A stretch of DNA of 63,855 nucleotides, the filler included, from Reticulomyxa filosa (lineage: Eukaryota; Protista; Foraminifera): assembly GCA_000512085.1 (NCBI GenBank). It is 20 parts of 20 records of this genome, joined end to end, with 100 filler letters (N's around TTAATTAATTAA, not from the genome) between each part and the next. Parts side by side here need not be neighbours in the genome. Positions count along the whole stretch, not along the records: positions 52,524 to 54,229 come from ASPP01037737.1; positions 54,330 to 56,490 come from ASPP01043235.1; positions 56,591 to 57,590 come from ASPP01049657.1; positions 57,691 to 58,774 come from ASPP01020491.1; positions 58,875 to 61,569 come from ASPP01022767.1; positions 61,670 to 62,669 come from ASPP01001832.1; positions 62,770 to 63,855 come from ASPP01039337.1; 13 more parts are not named here. The stretch is one strand, 5' to 3'. Below, piece after piece: positions 52,424 through 63,855 of the stretch (positions within the stretch are counted from its first letter, which is position 1; every line of letters begins with the position of its first letter). Both the position numbers and the translations under genes were made by a program. The notes under the pieces are model-generated. The model saw only the letters and a list, made by a program, of their open reading frames with translations. It had not been told where the DNA came from and did not search any database.

Positions 52424-54839
52424 NNNNNNNNNNNNNNNNNNNNNNNNNNNNNNNNNNNNNNNNNNNNTTAATTAATTAANNNNNNNNNNNNNNNNNNNNN
52501 NNNNNNNNNNNNNNNNNNNNNNNTTTTTTTTTTTTAGCGTATTCGACAAGAGCAACATTTTTTTGGTTTTTGTTGGCCTTACAAACTTTGAAACAATTTC
52601 AGCGTGTCTACATGGCCAAAAAGAAAAAAAAGATGGAAATTGACAAAAGTATTAGTCGAATAACAAAACTAATGCAATGATTGAAACGAAACAAACTGTC
52701 AAAAACTGTTAAATAATCGAATGGCAAAAAAGTGAAAATGACTCACATTCACAAATTAATCATTTGCATTGAAAGAAACATTTCAATGATTTTACGATCA
52801 TCTTTTGATATCATCCAACAAATAATATTTTACTAATTTCATATTCAAAATAATCACAAGTATGCCATGTAATATAGAAATAAGTCTGCTTTTGATCACC
52901 AACGCAAACAAAAGTATTTGCTTTCTTGTCCTAGAAAGCATATATTATTATTGATCAGAGAAAACTGTTTCTTAATTAGAGGAATAACAATGATCATAAA
53001 TTTACAAAATAAAAAAGAGTGAAGAGTAAGAGAATTTGCATAAACGCATACTTGTGAAATAACAATACTTGTTCTGTTTGAATAACAATTTCCATAGTCA
53101 TATTGGATTGTTCAATACATTTAGAATCAATTGGTCCATTCATTTATTGTTATTTTTACTTCTTTGCTAACAAGCGGCAAACGAACAATACTTTCTAGCA
53201 TTGAGAAAAGCCAGACAATTCTGTTCATTTAGGTCTGTGACCAAGAGTATATCCGAAACTAATGTCATTTTTAACTCTCCAAACAATTTATTATTACTCC
53301 TGTAGCAATGTGTATACAGTTATAATGACTCTACACCTTTTATTTGATACCTTTTTCTTCGATAAACAAAAAATATTATTAAATCAATGATCTTTTTGTT
53401 TAAGTCTCCTCATTGTGTCAATTTGTGGAATTATTTTTTGTAATACAACGTTTTTGTCAAAACAGTTATTCTCTTTTAATTCAATGTTAAAGAATATGTT
53501 TTATCTCATTATCATAAAAAATTCATTTTTTGCTCTTTTACAAAACAATTACATAATGAGTTTTCATTTGTTTTTGGTTATAAAAAGAAGGAAATGAAAA
53601 TCCATCAATGATTGACATGTCAAATACTATATGCCTTATGAAACATTATGTATATAATTCTTTATATAACAAAAATAAGATAATTATGCGGAATAGTTTT
53701 TTATTTTCATTGATGAAAAGAAATTGCGGTACTTTTTCGTTTGTAACAAGAAGATATATATTGTAACAAAAAAAAAAATTTTGAAATTGCCTATCGCCTT
53801 GCTACATCTCTCTCTTTCTATCTCGGAAAATATTTGTTACTTTCGGACAATCATATTTCATATCTTCTGTCTCTTAAAAAAAGGATTGCAAGAATGAATG
53901 AAGACATAGACAAAAAAACAAAATACCACATGTATATCCAAAATATATTTGATGAAACAGCAAACTAACAAAAAGAATGAGAAAATATTGAAAGGTATAA
54001 TGTAGAGATAAAAAAAAATGAATTTTTTTTTTCATTGAATTTTCATAATAAAACAAATGTAATTATCATTTTCATTTCAAATTTCAAAATATTTTTAAGA
54101 AATATTATTTTTGTCTTCAGTGCTTAAAACTTTTTTAAAAAAAAATGTGTAATGAATGTACTTTTGTTTGAACGTATGATAAATATATTTTAAATATAAG
54201 TAATTAAACAAATTATATTTTCTTTAATTNNNNNNNNNNNNNNNNNNNNNNNNNNNNNNNNNNNNNNNNNNNNTTAATTAATTAANNNNNNNNNNNNNNN
54301 NNNNNNNNNNNNNNNNNNNNNNNNNNNNNGGTAAGGCCCCCCGTCTCCGCAAGGAGTAAACAAGGTTTGTTATGTAATATATGTATATATTTTGATATAA
54401 TCGATTGCATGTGTTTTCAATAATAGCCGCAGCCCGTCCAGCAAAAAAATATATATGTATACGTCCCATACCCTCCAAAGAAACATTTCGGGGTTGAAGC
54501 CATCCTGCATTGAAAAAAAAATAAAAGGGTTTGTATTTATTTTTTTTTTTTATTATAAAATAATGGTTTGTTTTGCTAATAGGCATGCACCCATCAAAAA
54601 AAAATGTTTGCCCCCCCCTTTATCGTGACAAAAGAAAAAAATAAATAGATGATTGGATTGGAGATTAGCTCCAAAAGTCAAAGTATTTTATTTATTTATT
54701 TTTCTTCAAAAAAATGAAAAATTTTTTGGTTTTGTTATATTTATAGGTTGCAAGTCGTCGATGAAAAATTGGAAGCTTTTGTTTTTTATTTTTTTATTTT
54801 TTATTTGCATTGAGAGGGATAGTGAAAACTGGGGAAAAT

Positions 54840-56490
54840 GAAAATAGAAAAATTAAGAAAAAGGAAAAAATGATAAAAATTTGGAAAATTTTGATTAAGA
54901 AAAATGATGAAAATTTTAATTAAGAAAAATTGTGAAAATTTTAATTAAGAAAAGATTGGAAAAATATATTTTAGAAAATAAAAAAATAGACATTAGAAAA
55001 TAAAAAAAATGAAAAAAGAAATTTGAAAAAAGAAAAAAAAAAAAGATGACAATGGAAAAAAAAGAATAAAAATGGAAAAAAAAGGGGGGGGAGATTGAAA
55101 AAGAAAAATGGGATAACATCCCGCAAAAGCGCTAGATAAGCGCTATCTTATCGATGCCACAGCAAATCAAGATCTGATAGAAGTGGCGAACTTTGGACGA
55201 AAGAAATTGGCACAAATTTCTATGTGTGTTGGATTTGGTCAAGACTTTGATGGCAAATAAATAAGGTGGCAAACGACAGGACGAGGACAAAAGGTGGATC
55301 AAGACGCTGAAAGAAAACGAAGAAGTTGAAGCGAACAAAAGAAGATGGAAAAAGAAGTAAAGATGCAAAAGTCGAATAGACGCAAAATCGAAGCCAAACT
55401 CTAATGGAACTGCACAATCGATTTGAACATTTGTGGACTGTCTTTGGGACAAACTATGGGCCGACAGACGATTTGGTTGTGCTCGAAGGAGTTTTTAATT
55501 GATAAATCGCGTAGGGACAGTTGACGAATCAAAAATTCAGCTGACGTGGCAATCAAGAAAGAAGAAGATAGAATGTATTGGTGATCCAAGGAGGAATTGG
55601 ACAAATGTCATTGACGCGAATATTTCCAATAACGACCATTATCCGACGTTTATACATTTGACAAGGCCAGGATATTCTTCATAACAAGGGCGACTAGAGC
55701 GGATAGCTTCGTTTTTGGAAAAAATATATTGTAATAGCGTTGGAATAATTGAACTGCTATATCAAATAATCCGGGACAAACTGGATCTTGGTGCCGCATG
55801 ACCACAAAAGCAAGATTGCCAATATAAATGAAAACGAAGACTTGATGATTTGCGCAAAGTGGCAATAATACCAACATTACGGCGATAGCGATTGAATGGA
55901 CCGAAGAAGCAGAATACAATGAATAAAATGACTAGAATTTGTTAAAAAATTTTAACACTAGTGGACGAGCGAATCACGAAGTTCGAAGAATCGATGTGCG
56001 AGTGGTCCAATTTGGTTGAGTAATTATGCGAAACAAAGTCAAGATCACTGACAAAAAGATAGAAAGAAGCAAAGAAAGGATATACCAAGAGTCTGGAGGC
56101 TATACCGAGTTGGATTTATTTTTGTTTTTGCTTTAAAAAAATTTTGTAAGCTTTGCTGCGTTTATGGAATTGTTCGTTATAAAAAACGAGTGGCGATTTT
56201 GCGAGTTGTCAGATATGGACAAACTTCACATAGCCCTCCAATGGAACTTCTGGACGAGTGTGGCAATATCAAGACAGTGGTACCCTAAATCATTGGAAAA
56301 ATTTGTTCGCCATCAACGTATACGTAGACAAGTCTCTGCGAATGATTATCCTTCAGCGAAAACAGTAAGAGTAGTTCAAATGGAATTCAGCTTGTCAATG
56401 CAACTCTACGCAACATCAAAGAGGGAGCGGAATTACGATTTACCGGGGCCAAGTATAACAAATCTTGTGAAATAGCCAACAAAAAAAAAA
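54840..56490 (+). repeat. Dispersed repeat copy with degraded coding cargo
   Basis: A-rich leader similar to 23838-24010 and to the reverse complement of 12850-12982; hairpin motif 55110-55122; 56230-56340 matches the 24-26 kb repeat unit (CCAATGGAA..GTGGCAAT..TTGTTCGCCATCAA..ACAAGTCTCTG). Confidence 0.55.
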
Positions 56491-56590
56491 NNNNNNNNNN
56501 NNNNNNNNNNNNNNNNNNNNNNNNNNNNNNNNNNTTAATTAATTAANNNNNNNNNNNNNNNNNNNNNNNNNNNNNNNNNNNNNNNNNNNN

Positions 56591-57590
56591 ACAATTGTTT
56601 GTCATTCAATTTCGTTGATATTAATTTAAGTAATTTCACCAATCCCATCGACTGTTTGGAAAAAAATATCAAAGCGTTGAAAAACCTCTCCGATTGTGTT
56701 TCATTCCATTTCGTTGAAATTTCTTCAAGTGTTTTTTTATATGATTTAAAGTAATTCCATATCTGCTTATTTGGCAAAACATTGAAAACCCCTTCCAGTT
56801 GTTTATCAGTCAAATTCGTTGAAATTACTCCAAATAATTCTGCATATGAATCACAAACATATTCATTTTTATGTTTAAATCTACTTATCAAAGTATTGAA
56901 AACTCTTTCCAGTTGTTTCTCATTCGCTTTTGTTGCAGTGATACCAAGTGATTTTACAAATGATCTATTATACCAGTTAAATTCATCTTCTAACCCATGA
57001 ATGAAAGCACTGAAAACTCTATCCAATTGTTTATCATTCAATTTTGTTGGCATTGTTTTCAGTAATTTTTTACATAATGCACGAATACATTTATTTTCAT
57101 CTTTTAATCCATCCAAACATTCGAAAACATCATCCAATTGCTTTTTGTTTAATTTCATAGAAACATGTCCAATACATTCTGCACACAAGTAATGATTCCA
57201 TTCATTACCTTTGAGTTTATTGATCAAACATGTGAAAAGAGAATCAATTTGTGTTTCATTTAATTTCATTGCAATTCCTTTAAGTAAATTTCTGGATGCA
57301 TCACAACAATATCCATTTATATTTTGAAATCCATCAATTAAACATTGAAAAGTAATATTCAATTGTTTGTCATTCCATTTCTTTGAAAGTGTTACAAGTG
57401 ATTTTACACATGACTCCTGAACACTCGAATCTTTTAATCCATTTGTGAAACATTGAAAAGCATCATCGACATGTTTTCCATTTAGATTCACTGCAATTAT
57501 CCCAAGTAATTCCGTACATCTCCTACGCAGCCTGATTATATCCATTGAAGAGTCAAAAGCTTCATTCAATTGTTGTTCATTACATTTATT
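56591..57590 (-). CDS. HEAT/ARM-like repeat protein, lineage-expanded family (internal fragment)
   Basis: Whole contig open; ~38-aa repeats KLN.KQLD.VF.CL..GLKD....R..C...L..IS. Confidence 0.85.
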
Positions 57591-57721
57591 NNNNNNNNNN
57601 NNNNNNNNNNNNNNNNNNNNNNNNNNNNNNNNNNTTAATTAATTAANNNNNNNNNNNNNNNNNNNNNNNNNNNNNNNNNNNNNNNNNNNNATATATATAT
57701 ATATATATATAATACTTTAAG

Positions 57722-58739
57722 GCAAAAGACAATTTTCCATTGGATTTATACATTCGAGAGGGAGTGTGCGACTTGTGGCTTGGTGAAGAAGTTGAAGCGT
57801 GGAAACGCTATGAGACATTAAAAGAGATGAAGACGTCTGGAGTGGCCTCTTTGTACTGCGTTTTTGCGGACGGGTGCATAGCCACCGGACACTTGCCGGA
57901 AGCCAAGGTGCTGATGGACAGGGTTGCAAAGATTGAGGCGTTCAATCATCCAAAAATTTGGATTCGATTTGGCGACTATTGTGCGTTGACGGGAAACTAT
58001 AAAAACGCGCTGCGCTTGTATCAAAACGCATTCGACGATTTCACACAGAAAATCAACGACCACATTAGTCAAATCAAGTGTTTGACTGATCCTTCGTATG
58101 TCCCTCCCGTCGACAGCCAATCATCATCATCATCATCATCTTCTTCTTCTTCTTCTTCTTCTTCTTCTGCTCGCTCTCTCCGCGAATTGATAAAAGTCGC
58201 ATCGCATCGAACTTTGGAAGTACAGAGCCAATCGCGTGTCCGTTTGCTTCAAACTCATGCAAGTGTTTTACTCCGTGCAAATCCATGACAAGTCGTTTTT
58301 CGATTTGCTGCAGCTCTGTTGGAATGACCTTCCCGCATTCGCAAAACAATTGTTCATTAATTTTCCTGTTTCATATTCCAATCTAACCAGTTTATATACA
58401 TATACGTATACATATACATAATACATATATGCATATGTATATTTGATTTCTATTGTAATGTGTAATATGCTCACTCGTTATTATTAATATTTTTGTGAAT
58501 AAAAAGACGAAATGGCCAAATATGAAAGTGATATGAAACTCGGAAAGGAAGAGAGGGAGAGAGAGCAATCGTCAATTGACGACGACAATTCGAGCAAGAA
58601 GACCTCCACCGACACGCAGACCGTGGTTTCGTTTGCGTCAAACGTTAACATCTCTCGCATTTCTAAGTCGCAAGCAAAGCAAGATCAAGACAAAGTCAAA
58701 GACAAAAGTAGTGATGGGGCAAGGAATAATAATAATAGC

Positions 58740-58774
<35 letters not shown>
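57722..58774 (+). CDS. TPR-containing protein fragment
   Basis: HPKIWIRFGDYCALTGNYKNALRLYQNA is a TPR consensus; partial at both ends, with a possible frameshift near the Ser microsatellite or 58280. Confidence 0.6.
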
Positions 58775-59139
58775 NNNNNNNNNNNNNNNNNNNNNNNNNN
58801 NNNNNNNNNNNNNNNNNNTTAATTAATTAANNNNNNNNNNNNNNNNNNNNNNNNNNNNNNNNNNNNNNNNNNNNGTGGCATTTTAGGTGTCAACTTTCTT
58901 TTTTATCTTACTGTACAAAGTAAACCAACAGACACCAAATTAAACAAAGTCATAAGCAATAAAAAATAGCATATACAAAAAAATATCTTCAACAACTACA
59001 ACAAATTATACTAAGTTTTTAATTGAACAGGTAAAAATATAAAATCGTCTATCACTACAACAAAAAGTAAATATGCATCAGTTATTCAAATACGTGCAAA
59101 AACGAAAAAAAACAAAAATAAAAAAATTAGTAGCCTTTT

Positions 59140-61569
59140 TTCGTTTCACTTTTCAGTTTCGTCAAAGACTTGGTTTGTCTTTGTTCTCGAATTTTACTCC
59201 GTTTATTCCATTGTTGTGCCCTTTTATGCTTTTCCATCTTTTCTTTTTTTTTTTGCTGTTGGTACTCTTTTTGGTATTGCAACAAAATACTCGTTTAAAT
59301 CCCCTTTTGAATTGCCTCCTTTTTCTCTTACAATATCGCTTCTTTTGATTTTTTCACTTGATGTAACTTGCTTTTTAGCTCTTCCAAAAACTTTATTTTT
59401 GTCGCTTTGAGTCTCTTTGATTCCGATGGTTGTTCTTGTGTTTGTGCTTGTGGCTGTATCTCTAGTTATGTCTATGACTGTGGCTTTTGCTGTTCCAATG
59501 CAGATAACGATTTTTGTGTGGTCACTCTCTGTAGTAATACAGAACCTGCAACTTTTTCTGCACCCTTTGGAACTTTGCTTTCGGGCACCAAATTATGCTA
59601 TGTTTATAAAGACATTGTCTTAGTAGAAACGCTTGCATCCACTTTTGTCACGCTTTCGGAAGGTTTGAATTGATGTTCGCCTGTCACAATTGTAACTTCT
59701 GCTTTCTTTTCTTCTTCTTTTTCGTCTTTATGTTCCTTTTCGTTTTTTGCTCTTTTTCTTAGTATGTAGAAGCATTGAATCGGACAAAGCAAGCGAGTGA
59801 TCGATAGCATTGTCTTCATGAGGTTTTTGCGGTTGAGACTCAGATAATTCATTTGGACTTTTCACTTGAGTCTGAGCTTGAGCTTGAGCTTAAACTTGAG
59901 ATTCTTTTTTTACTAATTTTATAGCCACTGTATCAACTTCTGCTTCTGCCTCAGTATCTGCACAAAATACCGACGCCAATGCATCGTCCAATGCAATGTC
60001 TGAACTGTGCCACACGAACCGAAGCCAGAACCAGTCAAGGATGATTGAATGACGACTTCGAGTTTGTCATCTTCGCTCAGTTTTTGGGAACCCACTTGAT
60101 TAAGTTGGAAAAACTCTTGATATTTCAGCTTGGAATACCCACAGGCTTCGCACGTGGCCGCCTCTAGGACATTGACCGTTCCGCAAATGGCACACGCTCA
60201 TTGGTTACCATTGTCGTCGGCCGCAAACTGTCAGTCTCTTTGCCTTTGTCCAATTTCCTACTCATCTTACTCGTTGTGGTCGTTTCTGTTGTTGATTGCA
60301 CTTCCATTGATACTGCGGAGGATTTCAATGGTTCGCCAAATAACAAGGTGCTATCTGTCTTGTTTTTCGATTCACTGATTGGTCGTTCATTCCCAAAGAT
60401 CCCTATGCTCTTGCTCGCTCCAAATGAAAACATAGCGTCGGTTAATGACTGCTAATAGTCTCAAGACGTGTTCACATTGTTTCCTAATGAAGGGAAAAGG
60501 GGTTGTTCCAGGCCGGACTGCTGGTGTGCTTTCTTTGGCTCGTTTTTGCGACATTGAGGCTCACTTTCCCTTTTTTGGGTACCTTTCTGTCGATGTATTT
60601 GTTACTTTGCTCATTCAGTTGTTGTTGTTGAAGGTCAATAGGTTTGGACTGAGATTGCAAAGTGGCAAACAACCCTTTCAATGGGTCGGTATACTGCGAT
60701 GGTCCAACATTGCCTTCATCTTCATTCGTGTCGCAATAGTACATTGCGTCATCTTGTTCTTCAGACAATAAAAACTCAAATTCTGGAAATAGCAATACCT
60801 CTTTCCACGTTTTGTTGCTCTCTTGCCCTTGCGCGACTACACAGAATCGTCTCATGTGTAATCCTCGAGCAGCCGTGGTCGTCGCCAATTGCAATAAGAA
60901 ATTGCTTCGACGTCGTCGACGATGGCGTTGCATGCTTGTTGCTTGTCCGCGGATGTGGATGACACAACTGCACTCTTTTTAATCACGTATTGGGATTTCA
61001 TAGATTTCATAGTTTTGACAGTTGGATGTCTGGGTCAGTAAATTGCGGCTGGAACGCTATTTCTTCGGACTTTTTCTGTTTTTTCATTGATTTTATTCAT
61101 GTAGCGAAGGAAGCTCGTTAGCTAAATCATTTGGATCTTTATTCTCCTCTTCTTGCTTATTCAAGGCGAGCCATCAATTTTGATTCTTGTTTTCTTCTTC
61201 TTTTACTTCTTCTACTTCTTTGTCCACGGAAGAGATAAGTGCTGCCTTGCCCATCAGCATGGTGGAGGAGACCTTTCGCATCGCCGCCGGAGTGAATTGA
61301 GATACCACTGCATTGGACGCAATATCTTCTTTTGAAGGTGATCACTTTGATCAATTGAGTCAATTGCTTCACGACTGAAGATGGAGTCATGTTGTGTATT
61401 TTGGATAAAGCTGGGATATTCATCAGCGGTTATTCTACCCATGTCACCACGCGACGACACAGCTTTATCGCCAATTCCCACGTGTCGAGTGTAAACATCA
61501 CCCAATTGAATATCACGTGCAACATCAATGGGAACAGCGCCTTCTTTTCTTCCACCACCAAGTTGACGT
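59140..61569 (-). pseudogene. Degraded gene(s) including a RanBP2-type zinc finger and a few FG motifs
   Basis: Q*ACAICGTVNVLEAATCEACG at 60203-60138 fits W-x-C-x2-C-x3-N-x6-C-x2-C with TGA at the Trp position; nearby FSFG, IFG, LFG; many stops and frameshifts. Confidence 0.55.
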
Positions 61570-63239
61570 NNNNNNNNNNNNNNNNNNNNNNNNNNNNNNN
61601 NNNNNNNNNNNNNTTAATTAATTAANNNNNNNNNNNNNNNNNNNNNNNNNNNNNNNNNNNNNNNNNNNNAAAAGTCAATATCATATTTAAAAACTACAAG
61701 ACTTGTAGATATTTTTTTAAAAAAAAATTAGGTCTAAATGTTGATTTTTCATTGAGAAAATCAATTATCATCATAAGATATGTTTTAGGCGTTCAGTTTT
61801 CTTTGCAACCTACTGTATATGTTTAAATGGTTCAAATGTATTGATATTTTTTCTTTTCCATCGTCTGTTCACAATATTCTACTAAAACATTCATTGGTAC
61901 TTTATTATATAATTTTAGTCTTTCACTTGCGCTTGCTATTACTAAAAAACCATTTAATCGCGCTTTTATATTGATGCTGTTTCTTGTAACATTTTTTGTA
62001 CTTTGCTATTTATATCATTAATGTACATTCCATTTCTTTTAATTTCAATTTAATTTAAATGTTATTTTTTTATTTCAATTTGAAATATCAATTAAAAAAT
62101 ATACTATTTTTTATCATCCACATATATACCTCCAGTACGACAATGATTAATTTTGAAATAAAAAAACGTAAGTCTTGCGCGTTTCTGTATAAACCAATCA
62201 ATTCAAAAAAAAAAACATTTGCTAATGCAATGTGTCCTTTCCCTTTTTGAGATATACTTTGTTTCGTACATAAATACATCTAAAAAAAAACTTTTGAAAT
62301 AGAAATTTCTTCTCTTAAACGAGGTAAATTACACTCTAAAGATGTTTTTTTTAAAGAAAACCAAGTGTATTTTCCTTTTTATTGTTAATATTGTTGTGCA
62401 ATTTGGTAAAAGAATTTTTTTTCAAAAACCACATCACAAAAGCAAGATAAACTTTGGTTCACATATTTGTGCGTTCGCATAATTTGATTTTTAAAAGATC
62501 GACTGACAAAGAAAAGATGCAGTGACTGCTGACCCATATGTTTGTGTTTAGAACAGTGTACTTCAACTGGATTGTTTGCTATTTGCTTGAAATTACAGCA
62601 GACCTAAAAAGTTTCCCACTGCTGTTATTGGTTTATTGCAACATTAAATAATACCAAAATTTTCAAATTNNNNNNNNNNNNNNNNNNNNNNNNNNNNNNN
62701 NNNNNNNNNNNNNTTAATTAATTAANNNNNNNNNNNNNNNNNNNNNNNNNNNNNNNNNNNNNNNNNNNNAGTACTGTGTTCCTTTTGGGACGAGGTGCTC
62801 ATTTTAACTTGGAAAGGTATCATTCTTGCTAAAAAAAAAATTCTGAAATACTAATAGATTACTGATCATTTTTCAGACCTATTTCAGTCTCATTTCTTGA
62901 GCGATTTTTGATTTCCACTTGCGCCATCAGCCAGCATTGGATTTATAAACTGCAATAAGGATGTTATTTGCTGGAACGCTGATTTCATCTTCCAATTCTC
63001 GTTTTAGAAATGTAATTTCATTACTTTCTTTTATTGTATCTTCGTCTTTTGTTTATCCCTGTCAACAGCATCGGTGTACGAATATTGCTTCGGTTATGCT
63101 CCACCTTGGATTTGATTGATGCTTTTTTTTTCAGTATTGCATCTTCATTCGTCGTCAATTTAATGAAAGCAACTTTTTCAGTCAAGCTGAAAGCGATGCT
63201 GTATTGGTTATATTGTTGAATCGTTGCGAATTTTATCAT

Positions 63240-63855
63240 TAATAACAATTTACAAATAATGAATTCCAGTCCATTTGATCATACATATGAAAAAGATGGA
63301 ACCAGATCATCAATTGACATTACATTATGCTATAATCAATTACAAGATAGTACAGCAATTGGAGAACAGATAATGATGAATTGGATGTGCAGTCAGATCA
63401 TCTTCCAATCAAGGCACATTGGTCATCTCCAGAAATTAAAAAACAGAAAATCGAAACACGAAATTTGTGAAATGATAAATGGAATTTGAATCGACAAATT
63501 TTTGTAAGAATAGAAAAGAACATGACCAATTGCGTGATGGAATTATCAATGCAAAGTATTGGAACAAATGATCATTTTGAAATGAAACAAACCTTGGCGG
63601 AGTGACTCACAGAAATTGAAAAGGAAATTGAAGCAGGGAAACAATTGTACTTAATCAATAGTATTAGATCATTGAAAGAAGATATCACAATATAATTATT
63701 TTCTCAATTTAAGTCAATGAATTCGAACAATATCTAAATTATTCATGCATTAATTAAACCAATCTGGTACAATAGCAAAGAGCTGAAATATTGGTTTCAT
63801 AATTCTATAAACATCCATCAAGTTATTCTGAAGAATGAAAGTGCATTATCAATTT
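63240..63855 (+). mobile_element. Non-LTR retrotransposon APE-endonuclease remnant
   Basis: HTYEKDGTRSSIDITLC followed (frameshifted) by LDVQSDHLPI, the conserved IDxxL and SDHxP motifs of LINE endonucleases. Confidence 0.72.

Noticed and set aside
52524-54229. Possible WD40 pseudogene on this contig
   Set aside because: No convincing GH/WD motif could be read; too degraded to support a call.
60198-60200. Alternative genetic code (TGA=Trp) or stop readthrough
   Set aside because: Intact genes here use TGG for conserved Trp (SLU7, Fip1, FYVE) and end at TAA or TGA; in-frame stops co-occur with frameshifts, indicating pseudogenes.

Overview
This is not a contiguous locus. It is 20 AT-rich eukaryotic contigs joined by 19 identical 100-bp artificial linkers (44 N + TTAATTAATTAA + 44 N), so gene neighbourhood only means something within a contig. 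Short GT-AG introns, a polyubiquitin remnant with the rhizarian one-residue inter-monomer insertion, and Kelch-like and HEAT-repeat families of the kind expanded in Reticulomyxa filosa point to a foraminiferan genome (inference, no search run). Recognisable genes, several cut by contig ends: SLU7, FIP1, a FAF2-like UBX protein, an RRM protein, a FYVE+ELMO-domain protein, an intronless ChaN-like protein, a LOTUS/OST-HTH protein, a DDX56-like C-terminus, a UPF0390-like small protein, and HYR/PT-repeat, EGF and Cys-rich surface proteins. There are many deletion-riddled pseudogenes (SERCA, polyubiquitin, Kelch, RanBP2-ZnF) and two non-LTR retrotransposon remnants. I cannot demonstrate a new multi-gene system. 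The best leads are a dispersed repeat family shared by three contigs (A-rich leader, conserved-stem hairpin, degraded coding cargo), the FYVE-ELMO fusion, the ChaN-like gene head-to-head with it, and a possible microhomology-deletion signature in the pseudogenes.
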